A stretch of 64,000 nt of DNA. Source: a bacterium. GTDB taxonomy: Bacteria > Zhuqueibacterota > Zhuqueibacteria > Oceanimicrobiales > Oceanimicrobiaceae. The stretch spans positions 9,326 to 73,325 of the forward strand of contig JBHHYI010000002.1 of the NCBI GenBank assembly GCA_046757525.1, given 5' to 3'. The notes beneath the pieces were generated by a model, which made no database searches, was not told the DNA's origin, and saw nothing but the letters and a program-made list of their open reading frames with translations. This document shows, piece after piece, positions 17,680 through 28,125 of the stretch; the first letter of the stretch is position 1; each line of letters starts with the position of its first letter. The position numbers were made by a program, and so were the translations under genes.

Positions 17680-18954
17680 ATGAATAGACCTATTTTAATA
17701 TGGGTGACGATATTTTTAGTATTTACTGTGGCACACGACTGTGTCTTCGCTCAAAACAATGGCAAAGGTCTTTCTCTACAAAAACTGATCGAGGAAGCGT
17801 TGGAGAGAAACCCTGAGATTAAGTCAGCGCAACGTCTTTGGCAAGCCACCGAACAGAAGCCCGCACAGGTTTCTACGCTGCCGGACCCGGTATTTAGCTA
17901 TTCCCGCTTTGGCAAAAGTGTGGAAACCCGCGTGGGGCCGCAGGAGAATGTGTTTGCGCTGTCGCAGAAAATTCCTTTTCCGGGCAAATTAGGCTTGAAA
18001 GGAAAAATGGCCGGGCAAGACGCCTTGTCGCAACAGCAAGCGTATGAAGCCACCAAAAGGGATGTCATTTTCAAAGTTAAGAACGCTTACTACGATTTGT
18101 ATTGGGTTGACCAGTCCATAGGCATTTTGGAACAATATCTGAATTTGTTGCAAGATTTCACCCGTGTGGCGGAACGAAAGTACGCCACCGGGCAGGGCAT
18201 TCAGGCAAGCGTTCTTAAATCGCAGGTCGAGATTTCAAGTACACTGGAAAGAAAGCTCCGTTTTGAGAAAGTGCGGCACGGGATTGTGGCGCACCTGAAC
18301 GCGCTTGTGGACAGACCGCAGAATGCTGAATTGGGAAGGGCGACTCAAATCGACTCAGCCCGCCTGCATTTAGACCAGGACGCTTTGGTCCAACAAGCCT
18401 TGTCAGACCGGCAGGAGCTCATGTCGATTCAAGCCATGATCGGGAAGAGCCAATTCATGCGAAGTCTGGCAAAACGAAACTACCTGCCTGATTTCACTCT
18501 AAAGGCTAATTACATCGATGTTGCAAAAGGAGTAAGCGTCGCTGCCGATGCGGGTAAGAATGCCTGGTCTGTGATGCTCGGCCTGAATTTGCCCATCTGG
18601 CTGGGCAAGCGCAACGCTGCAGTTCGGGAAGCGGATGACATGCTTGCCTCAAACAAACTGAAGTACGAAGATTTTCTTAACCAGGTGGAAGCTGAAATCA
18701 GGGATTTTTACTACCAGCTCGACGTCACCGGTGAGACCCTGGATTTGTATGAGCAAGGACTCATCGCTCAGGCCGAGAGCAGCCTGGCGTCCTCTCTGGC
18801 CAGCTACCGGACCGGTAAGCTGGATTTCTTGAGCCTTTTGGACGCTGAGCGCATGCTGTTGCACTTGAGGTTGGGATATGTCAAAGAGCTGTCGAATTAC
18901 CAGAAGGAGTTAGCGGCGTTGGAGCGCACAGTTGGAGGCCAGTTGCCCCAATAG
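17680..18954 (+). CDS. cusC: TolC-family outer membrane efflux protein of the heavy-metal RND operon.
   Basis: 424 aa with a signal peptide. It starts with the OEP repeat LSLQKLIEEALERNPEIKSAQ. It is first in a three-gene operon with an adaptor and an HME-RND pump. It could equally be CzcC-type. Confidence 0.7.
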   Translation: MNRPILIWVTIFLVFTVAHDCVFAQNNGKGLSLQKLIEEALERNPEIKSAQRLWQATEQKPAQVSTLPDPVFSYSRFGKSVETRVGPQENVFALSQKIPFPGKLGLKGKMAGQDALSQQQAYEATKRDVIFKVKNAYYDLYWVDQSIGILEQYLNLLQDFTRVAERKYATGQGIQASVLKSQVEISSTLERKLRFEKVRHGIVAHLNALVDRPQNAELGRATQIDSARLHLDQDALVQQALSDRQELMSIQAMIGKSQFMRSLAKRNYLPDFTLKANYIDVAKGVSVAADAGKNAWSVMLGLNLPIWLGKRNAAVREADDMLASNKLKYEDFLNQVEAEIRDFYYQLDVTGETLDLYEQGLIAQAESSLASSLASYRTGKLDFLSLLDAERMLLHLRLGYVKELSNYQKELAALERTVGGQLPQ

Positions 18955-19009
18955 CCACACGGAAGAGCCTCTTTAACCAAAGAAACGCTTTTAGCAAGGA
19001 GAGTAAAAC

Positions 19010-20416
19010 ATGCTAGATCTTATGATTCTGAAGAAACAACGTCGGTCTGTTGTCCTGGCTCTGACGGTCTTGCTTCTAACTGGGGCTTGTGGCAAGCGTG
19101 AGCATGAGCAGACGGCTGCTTCCGGTAAGGAGCCAGCAAAAGCCGAGGCATCGGCGCCGCAGATGAGCGCAGACCATGAGCAAGCTGGCACGATGAAAAT
19201 GGACATGAAAATGAAAAAAAGCACACCATCACAGGACTCGGCGGACAAGAAAGGGAAAAAGATTCTGTATTGGCGTGCGCCCATGGACCCCACCTACATT
19301 TCGGACCAACCGGGCAAGTCGCCCATGGGGATGGATCTGATTCCGGTTTACGAAGGCGAAGAAGTCGCTTCCGGCTCCACAATTTCAATCGATCCGGTAA
19401 CCGTGCAAAACATGGGCGTCCGTACTGCACGGGTGAGGCGTCAGCCATTCAGCCGTGTTATCAGAACTGTTGGACATATTGACTATGACGAGGAAACATT
19501 GTACAACATCAACCTCAAGTTTCATGGCTGGATAGAGAAGCTCTATGTGGACCGCACCGGAGAGCCGGTAAGGAAAGGGCAGGCGCTGCTCAAGGTTTAC
19601 TCTCCGGAGCTGGTTTCGACGCAGGAAGAATATCTCCTGGCTTACAAGAACCGGCAGCAATTGGCCAATAGCTCGTTTGCCCAGGTGAGCAAGGGGGCTG
19701 AAAGTCTGCTGGCGTCGACGCGTCAAAGACTGCAGTATTGGGACATTTCCGACGAGCAGATTGCAAAGCTGGAAAAGACCGGGCAGGTCAACAAAACATT
19801 GACCATCTACTCGCCGGCGGACGGAGTCGTGGTGCACAAGAATGCCGTCGAGGGAATGTACGCCATGGAAGGTGTCAACCTGTTTCGCATCGCTGACCTC
19901 ACAAAGATATGGGTCTATGCTCACATCTTCGAGTACGAACTGCCCTGGATTAAGGTTGGGCAACAGGTAACCATGGAATTGCCCTATGTTCCCGGGCGAA
20001 AATTTACAGGAAGGGTGGATTACCTGTATCCTTATCTGAACGCCAAAACCAGAGACGTAAAGATTCGCATCATATTTAACAATCCAACGCTGGAGCTGAA
20101 GCCACAAATGTATGCCAACATAACGATTGAATCCAGCGCTGGCGACAACGTGTTGGTGGTCCCGGGTGAAGCAGTCATTCGCTCTGGTGTGCGCAACCTG
20201 GTTTTTCTCGATCTGGGAAATGGAAAATTTCGCCCGCAGGAAGTCGTGTTGGGCCCTGAAGGCGACGACGGCCTGGTGGAAATCGTTTCGGGCTTAGAGG
20301 AAGGCCAGGGGATTGTCACCAGCGCACAATTCATGTTGGACTCTGAAAGTCGTTTACGCGAAGCGATTCAAAAGATGCTGGAAGTCAAAAAAGCTGCTCA
20401 ACAAAAAATGGAATAA
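19010..20416 (+). CDS. cusB: Efflux RND periplasmic adaptor subunit (CusB/CzcB-like).
   Basis: 468 aa. The N-terminus is Met-rich (TMKMDMKMKK). A degenerate heavy-metal-binding domain reads YWRAPMDPTYISDQPGKSPMGMDLIPV; the canonical form is YxCPMHP...GKCPKCGMDL. HlyD-like barrel-sandwich and beta-barrel domains follow. Confidence 0.8.
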   Translation: MLDLMILKKQRRSVVLALTVLLLTGACGKREHEQTAASGKEPAKAEASAPQMSADHEQAGTMKMDMKMKKSTPSQDSADKKGKKILYWRAPMDPTYISDQPGKSPMGMDLIPVYEGEEVASGSTISIDPVTVQNMGVRTARVRRQPFSRVIRTVGHIDYDEETLYNINLKFHGWIEKLYVDRTGEPVRKGQALLKVYSPELVSTQEEYLLAYKNRQQLANSSFAQVSKGAESLLASTRQRLQYWDISDEQIAKLEKTGQVNKTLTIYSPADGVVVHKNAVEGMYAMEGVNLFRIADLTKIWVYAHIFEYELPWIKVGQQVTMELPYVPGRKFTGRVDYLYPYLNAKTRDVKIRIIFNNPTLELKPQMYANITIESSAGDNVLVVPGEAVIRSGVRNLVFLDLGNGKFRPQEVVLGPEGDDGLVEIVSGLEEGQGIVTSAQFMLDSESRLREAIQKMLEVKKAAQQKME

Positions 20417-20475
20417 GGGAAATAATATGCTCTCGGGAAACGCTCCTTGTTCGTCTTTTACGAATAAAACGACCC

Positions 20476-20620
20476 ACTTTGGCTGTAGGGTGCTATTTGG
20501 CACGTGGGGCTACAAGGGACGCTGGAGCGTCCTGTGTTCGTCCCCACGCAGAGCATGGGAACGAGGGCTACGGTCACTTGAGAAGCAGCGACCTACTCGG
20601 GATGACTCGCACAGTGCTTC
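20476..20620 (-). repeat. Intergenic repeat element, copy B, in inverted orientation inside the cus operon.
   Basis: The reverse complement of 20569-20616 is CACTGTGCGAGTCATCCCGAGTAGGTCGCTGCTTCTCAAGTGACCGTA, which matches the conserved 5' module of copies A and C. The downstream part holds different GC-rich hairpins (GGACGCTccAGCGTCC). Confidence 0.75.
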
Positions 20621-20778
20621 TGAGACACCGGGCTTTACTAAACTTCGGAAGGTTAGTAAAGCTGAAAATGAGTTCCTTCCATTCAGAACTGCGATAGCCG
20701 TGAAATTCAAAAAAGCGTTTAGATTGAAAAATTCATGAACAACGAAGCGCGAATTTACTGAAGAATAGAGGACTGAAA

Positions 20779-23700
20779 ATGTTAGAAAAGGTGATAGAAT
20801 GGTCAGTCAACAACCGGTTCATGGTGATATTGGTCACATTGTTTGTCATTCTGATCGGCGTAATAGCCATGCTGCGAACACCGGTTGACGCCATCCCGGA
20901 TTTGTCTGATGTGCAAGTGATCGTTTTTACGGAATTTCCAGGTCAGGCACCGCAGGTAGTGGAAGACCAGGTGACCTATCCGCTGACCACGTCCATGCTG
21001 GCAGTGCCGCGCGCCAAGGTGGTGAGGGGATACTCTTTTTTCGGATTTTCCATGGTTTACATCATTTTTGAGGACAACACCGATCTCTACTGGGCGCGCA
21101 GCCGGGTGTTGGAATATCTCAATTACGTTTCAAAGAGACTGCCGCCAGGGGTCACCCCCACGCTCGGACCGGACGCCACCGGCGTGGGCTGGGTGTATGA
21201 ATACGCCTTAAAGAGCGATCGCCATGATTTGGCGCAACTGCGCTCCATTCAGGACTGGCTGCTGCGCTACGAATTGACCACGGTGCCGGGTGTGGCTGAA
21301 GTGGCCAGCATCGGAGGCTATGTCAAGCAGTACCAGGTCGAGGTCGATCCCAACAAATTGCTGATATATGACATTCCCCTGCAAAAAATAAAAATGGCCA
21401 TCAAGAATGCCAACAACGACGTGGGCGGCCGCCTGGTGGAAATGGCGGAAACCGAATTCATGGTCAGAGGGCTGGGGTACATTAAGTCGGTAAGTGACCT
21501 GGAAAAGGTTACGCTGGGAGTGGACAATCGCGGGGTGCCCATTACGCTGAAACAAGTCGCCCATGTACAGCTCGGGCCTGAATTGCGTCGTGGACTTTCG
21601 GAACTGAATGGCGAAGGCGAAGTGGTGGGCGGCATCATCGTCATGCGTTACGGAGAAAATGCCTTGAAGACCATCGACGGCGTGAAGGCCAAGCTCGAAC
21701 AACTTAAGAAGAGCTTGCCCAAAGGGGTAGAAATCGTACCGGTGTACGACCGCTCCGGTTTGATCGAACGCGCTATTGAGAATCTGCGAGGCAAACTTGT
21801 CGAAGAAAGTATTGTGGTGGCGCTGGTGTGTATAATTTTTCTGCTGCACTTTCGCAGCGCCTTCGTGGCGATTTTCACGCTACCGGTCGGCATTCTGATC
21901 GCCTTCATGATCATGCACCGGCAGGGCATTAACGCCAACATCATGTCGCTGGGGGGCATCGCCATCGCCATCGGCGCCATGGTGGACGCTGCCATCGTCA
22001 TGATCGAGAATGCGCATAAACATATCGAGCACGATACCGGCAAGAATCACTGGCAGATCATCATCGACGCTTCCAAGGAAGTGGGCCCGGCTCTCTTCTA
22101 TTCCCTGCTCATCATCACCATCTCGTTTGTGCCGGTTTTTACCTTACAGGCGCAAGAGGGCAGATTGTTCAAACCTCTTGCATTTACCAAAACCTATGCC
22201 ATGGCGGCCTCTGCCTTGCTGGCCATCACCATCGTGCCGGTGCTCATGGGCTACTTTATCCGTGGTAAGATCATGCCGGAGGACAAAAACCCGGTCAACC
22301 GCTTCTTGATCTGGATCTACCTGCCGGTGATCAACCTGGTGCTTCGCTTCAAGAAGACCGCGCTGCTGGTAGCGACAGCGATTCTGCTGCTCAGCCTGTG
22401 GCCGCTGTCGAAGCTTGGTTCGGAATTCATGCCGCCCCTATACGAAGGCGATCTGCTTTACATGCCGACCACCGATCCTGGCATAAGCATTACCAAAGCC
22501 AAGCAGCTCTTACAGCAGACCGACAAGATCATCAAGAACCAGTTTCCCAATGAAGTACACCACGTTTTCGGCAAGGTTGGTCGTGCGGAAACGGCCACCG
22601 ACCCGGCACCGCTTTCCATGATGGAAACCACCATCATGCTGAAGCCAGAAGATGAGTGGAGTCCCGGGATGACACCGAAGAAGCTGGTCGATTCTTTGAA
22701 CGCGGCCATTCATTTTCCCGGCCTCACCAATGCCTGGACCATGCCAATCAAAACGCGAATCGATATGCTGGCCACAGGCATTAAGACGCCGGTGGGCATT
22801 AAGCTCATGGGGGACGATCTCTCGGTGCTGGCTGATCTGGCGCAACAGATCGCCACGGTGCTCACCAACGTACCGGGTACGCTCAGTGTGTTTCCCGAAA
22901 AGGCGGTCGGCGGCAATTATCTGGATTTTAAAATCAAACGCGATGAAACCATGCGGTATGGCCTTAATGTGGGGGATGTTCAAGATGTCATCAAGAGTGC
23001 CATCGGCGGCATGAACGTCACACAAACGGTCGAAGGGCTTGAACGCTACCCGGTCAACGTTCGTTACAGCCGCGAGCTTCGGGACAACATCGGGGCCTTG
23101 CAGCGCGTGCTCATCTCCACGCCCACGGGCGCTCAGATTCCCATCACCCAGGTGGCCGACATTCAAATCAAGAAGGGGCCGCCGGTCATCAAGAGCGAAA
23201 ACTCGCGGCGCTCTGCGTGGATCTATGTCGATTTAAGCAACATCGATGTTGGCACCTATGTGGCCAGAGCGAAAAAAGTGGTCGAAGAACGGATCAATCT
23301 GCCCACCGGTTATACCATGTTGTGGAGCGGGCAATACGAATACATGCAGCGCGCCAAAGAACGAATGAAATTAGTGGTTCCTGTCACATTGGTGATTATC
23401 TTTGTACTCCTGTTCCTCAATTTCAAGAATGTGGTTGAAAGCGTCGTCGTCATGTTTTCACTTCCGTTTGCACTGATAGGCGGCATCTGGCTCATGTATC
23501 TGCTGAATTATGACTTTAGCGTGGCCGTCGGGGTCGGTTTCATTGCGCTCGCAGGGGTAACTGCTGAAATTGGGGTCATCATGCTGACCTACCTGGATCG
23601 AGCCTATGAGCAGCGAATCAGCAGCGGGAAAATGCAGCACAAATCGGACTTGATCCAATCGATTCTCGAAGGGACCAGCATGCGCTTACGACCCATTTTC

Positions 23701-23904
23701 ATGACCGTGACCGCCATTATCGCAGGACTTCTGCCCATCATGTGGGGGCATGGCACCGGTTCGGATGTCATGAAGCGGATCGCAGCGCCCATGGTTGGCG
23801 GAATGATGTCCTCGACCGTCTTAACCCTGCTCGTGATTCCGGCCATTTACTTCATCTGGAAAAGCTGGGAGAATCGCAAACGGTGGGTGGCGGAACAGAA
23901 GTAA
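20779..23904 (+). CDS. cusA: Heavy-metal efflux RND permease of the CusA/CzcA family.
   Basis: 1041 aa. The N-terminus MLEKVIEWSVNNRFMVILVTLFVILIGVIAM...AIPDLSDVQVIVFTEFPGQAPQVVEDQVTYPL is characteristic of HME-RND pumps, which have 12 TM helices. Confidence 0.9.
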   Translation: MLEKVIEWSVNNRFMVILVTLFVILIGVIAMLRTPVDAIPDLSDVQVIVFTEFPGQAPQVVEDQVTYPLTTSMLAVPRAKVVRGYSFFGFSMVYIIFEDNTDLYWARSRVLEYLNYVSKRLPPGVTPTLGPDATGVGWVYEYALKSDRHDLAQLRSIQDWLLRYELTTVPGVAEVASIGGYVKQYQVEVDPNKLLIYDIPLQKIKMAIKNANNDVGGRLVEMAETEFMVRGLGYIKSVSDLEKVTLGVDNRGVPITLKQVAHVQLGPELRRGLSELNGEGEVVGGIIVMRYGENALKTIDGVKAKLEQLKKSLPKGVEIVPVYDRSGLIERAIENLRGKLVEESIVVALVCIIFLLHFRSAFVAIFTLPVGILIAFMIMHRQGINANIMSLGGIAIAIGAMVDAAIVMIENAHKHIEHDTGKNHWQIIIDASKEVGPALFYSLLIITISFVPVFTLQAQEGRLFKPLAFTKTYAMAASALLAITIVPVLMGYFIRGKIMPEDKNPVNRFLIWIYLPVINLVLRFKKTALLVATAILLLSLWPLSKLGSEFMPPLYEGDLLYMPTTDPGISITKAKQLLQQTDKIIKNQFPNEVHHVFGKVGRAETATDPAPLSMMETTIMLKPEDEWSPGMTPKKLVDSLNAAIHFPGLTNAWTMPIKTRIDMLATGIKTPVGIKLMGDDLSVLADLAQQIATVLTNVPGTLSVFPEKAVGGNYLDFKIKRDETMRYGLNVGDVQDVIKSAIGGMNVTQTVEGLERYPVNVRYSRELRDNIGALQRVLISTPTGAQIPITQVADIQIKKGPPVIKSENSRRSAWIYVDLSNIDVGTYVARAKKVVEERINLPTGYTMLWSGQYEYMQRAKERMKLVVPVTLVIIFVLLFLNFKNVVESVVVMFSLPFALIGGIWLMYLLNYDFSVAVGVGFIALAGVTAEIGVIMLTYLDRAYEQRISSGKMQHKSDLIQSILEGTSMRLRPIFMTVTAIIAGLLPIMWGHGTGSDVMKRIAAPMVGGMMSSTVLTLLVIPAIYFIWKSWENRKRWVAEQK

Positions 23905-23967
23905 TGCAGATTTGAATGTCTGCTCATCAGAAAGTGAAGTGTTTCAAATGTTGGAAAGGAATTTGTC

Positions 23968-25968
23968 ATGAATGCAGTAGCCAGTGGCTTGTTGCTGTTC
24001 GCGTTCGTCCTCGCTGGATACGGAACCTGGGCGGCTTTTTATGGGGGGCGTTGGCAGCAGGAGCGCATGATTCTCAGTGCACGACGCAGCGCTGTGGCCT
24101 TGTTTGCTATCACGACCCTCATTATTCTGGCGTTAGCTTACGCTTTTGTCACGCGCGATTTCTCATTGGAGTACGTTGCTCACTACTCCAGTCGAACTTT
24201 GCCCATGTTCTATACCGTTGCTGCGGTTTGGGCAGGCCAGGCCGGGTCGCTTCTCTTGTGGGCCTGGCTGTTGACGGTGTTTGCGGCGCTCGTCGTCTGG
24301 CAAAACCGACATAAAAATCGTGAGCTGTTGCCGTATGTACTCGCCGTTATGTTCTTTACCGCGTTCTTTTTCTTTGGTCTCATGGTCTATGCCACCAGTC
24401 CATTCAAACCGTTGCCACAGCCAGTTGCTGACGGCAACGGGCTGAATCCCATGCTGCAAAATGTCGGCATGGTTATGCATCCGCCGACGCTCTACCTGGG
24501 GTACGTTGGCTTCATCGTCCCCTTTGCCTTTGCCATCGCTGCCCTGATCACGAAACGGCTGGATGCGCAGTGGATTCGCTCTACGCGGCGTTGGGCCTTG
24601 TTCGCCTGGTTGTTCTTGACACTTGGCAATCTTTTTGGCGCCAAGTGGGCGTATGTCGAATTGGGCTGGGGAGGCTACTGGGCCTGGGATCCGGTTGAAA
24701 ACGCATCGTTCATGCCATGGCTCACTGGCACAGCCTTCTTGCACTCGGTCATGATTCAGGAAAAGCGCGGCATGCTCAAAGTGTGGAACCTGACCCTGAT
24801 CATTATTACCTTTGCGCTTACGATTTTTGGTACATTTATCACTCGTAGCGGCATTATTTCTTCCGTGCACTCTTTCGGACTCTCCAATCTCGGTCCTATC
24901 TTCATGATTTTTCTTGCAGTAGTGCTTGTGGGTGCATTTGGTTTGCTGTGGGTACGGCGACCCTATTTAAAGAGCACGAACAAATTGGATGCGCTTTGGT
25001 CACGAGAGTCGAGCTTCTTGTTTAACAATCTCTTTCTCGTCGGCATGACTTTCGCCATCTTCTGGGGTACGATTTTCCCCATCATTTCGGAAGCCGTACG
25101 AGGCGTCAAAATTACCGTTGGGCCGCCATTTTTTAATCAGGTTAACGTGCCTATTGGCCTTGCGTTGCTGGCTTTGACGGGCATCTGCCCGCTCATTGCC
25201 TGGCGCAAGGCTTCGCAACGGAATTTGCGGCGCAGCTTCACCATCCCAATGTCAGCGTCGATTGTGAGTGCGGCGGGATTCTACCTTCTGGGGGTGCACT
25301 CACTCTATCCCCTGATGTCTTTTGTGCTCTCTGTGTTTGTGATGACCACGATTATCATGGAGTTTTCGCGGGGCACAGCGGCAAGAGCGCGCATTTCAGG
25401 TGAGAATCTGTTACGTGCCTTGTACGATTTGGTCATGCGCAACAAACGACGTTATGGGGGTTATGTCATTCATATTGGCATCGTCATGATTTTTGTCGGC
25501 ATCACCGGTTCCAGCGCTTTTCAAAAAGAGCAAGCTGCCAGCCTCAAACCTGGAGACGCCATTGAAGTCGCTGGTTACAGACTCAACTACCAGGGGTTGG
25601 AGGATCGTTCCACGCCGCATGCGCAGATTGTAGCTGCCGAAATGCAGGTCGAATCAAATGGCAAACCTCTCACAACTCTATATCCCGAACGCCGGAAATA
25701 CCGCAAGCAGGATGTGGTCAGCGAAGTAGCCATACGCCAGACACCGAAGGAAGATCTCTACGTCATTCTTGCTGATTTCGACGCTGAACAAAACGCCCAC
25801 ATTAAAGTAATGGTGATCCCTCTGGTGGGATGGATCTGGATTGGCGGCGTTGTCATGATTATTGGAACACTTATCGCTTTGGGACCGGACCGCCTGAAGA
25901 AGAAAAGCGCTGAGCTGCCGACGCGAAAATCTCCTTCACATAAAAAGGAGGTAGATTATGCGGTATAA
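23968..25968 (+). CDS. ccmF: Cytochrome c-type biogenesis heme lyase of the CcmF/NrfE family.
   Basis: 666 aa. It carries RDFSLEYVAHYSS and a WWD-like motif (ELGWGGYWAWDPVENASFMPW), plus many TM helices. Confidence 0.8.
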   Translation: MNAVASGLLLFAFVLAGYGTWAAFYGGRWQQERMILSARRSAVALFAITTLIILALAYAFVTRDFSLEYVAHYSSRTLPMFYTVAAVWAGQAGSLLLWAWLLTVFAALVVWQNRHKNRELLPYVLAVMFFTAFFFFGLMVYATSPFKPLPQPVADGNGLNPMLQNVGMVMHPPTLYLGYVGFIVPFAFAIAALITKRLDAQWIRSTRRWALFAWLFLTLGNLFGAKWAYVELGWGGYWAWDPVENASFMPWLTGTAFLHSVMIQEKRGMLKVWNLTLIIITFALTIFGTFITRSGIISSVHSFGLSNLGPIFMIFLAVVLVGAFGLLWVRRPYLKSTNKLDALWSRESSFLFNNLFLVGMTFAIFWGTIFPIISEAVRGVKITVGPPFFNQVNVPIGLALLALTGICPLIAWRKASQRNLRRSFTIPMSASIVSAAGFYLLGVHSLYPLMSFVLSVFVMTTIIMEFSRGTAARARISGENLLRALYDLVMRNKRRYGGYVIHIGIVMIFVGITGSSAFQKEQAASLKPGDAIEVAGYRLNYQGLEDRSTPHAQIVAAEMQVESNGKPLTTLYPERRKYRKQDVVSEVAIRQTPKEDLYVILADFDAEQNAHIKVMVIPLVGWIWIGGVVMIIGTLIALGPDRLKKKSAELPTRKSPSHKKEVDYAV

Positions 25969-26449
25969 GAATTTAACGATTTTGATCTTGTCGGTTTTCC
26001 TGGGGTGCTTGAGTGCAGTTTACGCCCTGCCTCAACAGGTAACCCTCAGCGAGATAAAAAAAAGTCTGGTCTGTCAGTGCGATTGCAACATGACGGTCGA
26101 AGCCTGTCAGGGAGCAATGTCCTGTGACACCTCTGAAAAACTCACCGCCGAAGCTGCGGGTTACGTCGAACAGGGTATGAATAAAGAGGCTATCCTGGCT
26201 GCCTTTGTCCAGAAATACGGTGAGCACATTTTAGCGGCACCGCCGAAGAAGGGATTCAACCTGACGGCATGGATTCTGCCTTTTGCAGCGATTCTCTTCA
26301 CGGGTTTCGGCATTGTGGTACTTTTGAAACGCTGGGCCAGACAGCCACAAACCGCTCAGGCGAAACCGAACATTACAGAGAAGACAGAGAACAATCACGG
26401 CTCTCGCTACGAAGAAAAGTTGGACGAAGCCCTGCGTTCTCTCGATTAA
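25958..26449 (+). CDS. ccmH: CcmH/NrfF-like thiol-disulfide protein.
   Basis: 163 aa with a signal peptide. The Cys motif is LVCQCDCN. It has a C-terminal TM helix and overlaps the ccmF stop. Confidence 0.55.
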   Translation: MRYKNLTILILSVFLGCLSAVYALPQQVTLSEIKKSLVCQCDCNMTVEACQGAMSCDTSEKLTAEAAGYVEQGMNKEAILAAFVQKYGEHILAAPPKKGFNLTAWILPFAAILFTGFGIVVLLKRWARQPQTAQAKPNITEKTENNHGSRYEEKLDEALRSLD

Positions 26450-26464
26450 GGAAAGGACGGTACC

Positions 26465-26884
26465 ATGAATGAAATCATCCTACTTATGATTGTACTGGCT
26501 GCAATCGCCTATCTCGCAGAGCCGTACTGGCGCAAAAAGGTGATAGCTCCAAACCGTTCAAACGTTCAGTTGGCCGACCTGATCGAGAGGCGGAATAGTC
26601 TGCTTGCCCAGATCAAAGAAATTGAGTTTGACCATGAAGTTGGTAAGGTGTCCGCCGAGGATTTTTCTGAGATCAACGCTCGCTACCGTAGCGAGGCCAT
26701 TGGAGTTCTTCGCCGGATCGACGCGCTGCAAGGAAACAAGCGCTCCCGCCAAAAACTTGAAGCGGAATTGCAAAGCATGCGCTCGCGGCGCAAGAAAGGT
26801 ACGATGTTCTGCAGCCAGTGCGGTACCGCCTTCGGACCTAAAGATCGTTTCTGCTCAAACTGCGGGAATCGAATAAGAAAGTGA
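26465..26884 (+). CDS. Membrane-anchored protein with a C-terminal zinc ribbon (hypothetical).
   Basis: 139 aa. It has an N-terminal TM helix, a coiled-coil-like middle and a C-terminus reading CSQCGTAFGPKDRFCSNCGN. Confidence 0.45.
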   Translation: MNEIILLMIVLAAIAYLAEPYWRKKVIAPNRSNVQLADLIERRNSLLAQIKEIEFDHEVGKVSAEDFSEINARYRSEAIGVLRRIDALQGNKRSRQKLEAELQSMRSRRKKGTMFCSQCGTAFGPKDRFCSNCGNRIRK

Positions 26885-28125
26885 GGAATTCCATGCATAG
26901 AATGCTGTTAACCATTTCCATGAGTCTTATCCTGACTCCGGGAATTGGTTTGTCTCAAAGTCACAAAGCGCACGGGACGTTGTTCGGTTTTATTTACAAT
27001 GGCAGCAAAGCCACCGATGCTGCACCAAAAGTCGGACTTGCCAACCAGGAGGTCGTCATATACAAATACCTCGATGGCCAAACGGAGGAAGGTACTCGCG
27101 CGCACACCACAACCGACTCCAGAGGGCGTTTTGCCTTTAAGAATTTGGAGGTAGGCAAACGATTCGCTTACTACCCGGCAACCGTTGTAGGAGGCATCGA
27201 ATACTACGGCGATGTTGTTACCCTCACACCAGATACCCTGAACAGACGCAGTGACATCACCACATTTGAACCCTCCGCTTCCGATTCAAGCATTTCGGTC
27301 GTGACGCAGCATATTATCGTTACCCCTGGTGCGGGTGTTCTGCAGGTGAAGGAAATCGCGGTGTTCAGCAATCGCGGGCGGCACACCTATGTGGGCAGTG
27401 TGCCAGCGGGCCAGCCTGGCAAGAACATCGTTCTGAGAATGGATCTCCCTGACAATGCAAAGGACGTACAGTTCGGCGGTGACTTGATGGCGTGCTGTGC
27501 CATGGTGTCCGGAAATCATATTTTCGACACTATGGAATTTAAACCGGGGGTGCGCCAGGAGGTGGTGAGTTATCTTTTGCCGTACAAGGGGCAATCCACG
27601 AGCGTGGTCAAGAAAGTTGCCTATCCTACAGCGGCAATCGATGTTTTCCTACCGGAGAATCTCGGGGCACTGCAAGCGCAGGGCTTTGTTTCGCAGGGTT
27701 CGTTTCAAATCAGAGGTGAGAACTATACGCGATACACGGCCGCGGGTTTTGCCAGGGGAAGGGTGCTGACCCTCACCTTCGGAGGCCTCCCTGCTGCGCC
27801 TGCAGACTGGCGATGGCTCCCACCGGTCGTGCTTGGTCTTCTTCTGGTTGTTGGTTTTACAACCTACCATCTACGAAGAAGAGCACAATCAACTGCTCAG
27901 CAGATTACCGACGAAACTGCCGCTTCAGAGGTCGATCCGGAAAGACAACGATTGCTAGCGGAAATCTTGCAACTGGATGAAGCTTATGAGGCTGGTGAGA
28001 TTGACGAAAACACCTACGCGGTTGCAAGAGAAAAGCGCATTGCGATGGTCAATGCCAGAGACGAACCGCAAAATGTAGAGCCAGTTGAACAACAGCCTGG
28101 AGGAGCGCATGCCAAAAGTAAATAA
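26881..28125 (+). CDS. Carboxypeptidase-regulatory-like domain protein with a C-terminal TM anchor (hypothetical).
   Basis: 414 aa with a signal peptide. It carries the DSRGRFAFKNL motif of the CarbopepD_reg fold. Near the C-terminus are a TM helix (LPPVVLGLLLVVGFTTY) and an acidic tail. Confidence 0.5.
   Translation: MRNSMHRMLLTISMSLILTPGIGLSQSHKAHGTLFGFIYNGSKATDAAPKVGLANQEVVIYKYLDGQTEEGTRAHTTTDSRGRFAFKNLEVGKRFAYYPATVVGGIEYYGDVVTLTPDTLNRRSDITTFEPSASDSSISVVTQHIIVTPGAGVLQVKEIAVFSNRGRHTYVGSVPAGQPGKNIVLRMDLPDNAKDVQFGGDLMACCAMVSGNHIFDTMEFKPGVRQEVVSYLLPYKGQSTSVVKKVAYPTAAIDVFLPENLGALQAQGFVSQGSFQIRGENYTRYTAAGFARGRVLTLTFGGLPAAPADWRWLPPVVLGLLLVVGFTTYHLRRRAQSTAQQITDETAASEVDPERQRLLAEILQLDEAYEAGEIDENTYAVAREKRIAMVNARDEPQNVEPVEQQPGGAHAKSK

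Noticed and set aside
19385-20107. 240 aa antisense ORF inside cusB, and similar antisense ORFs inside cusA (21208-21849, 22510-23166)
   Set aside because: They are antisense to clearly recognisable efflux genes and show no family signatures.
20476-20560. Sigma-54-like TGGCACGTGGGGCTA near 20500 between cusB and cusA
   Set aside because: The GG to GC spacing is one nucleotide short of the consensus, and the site is inside the repeat element.
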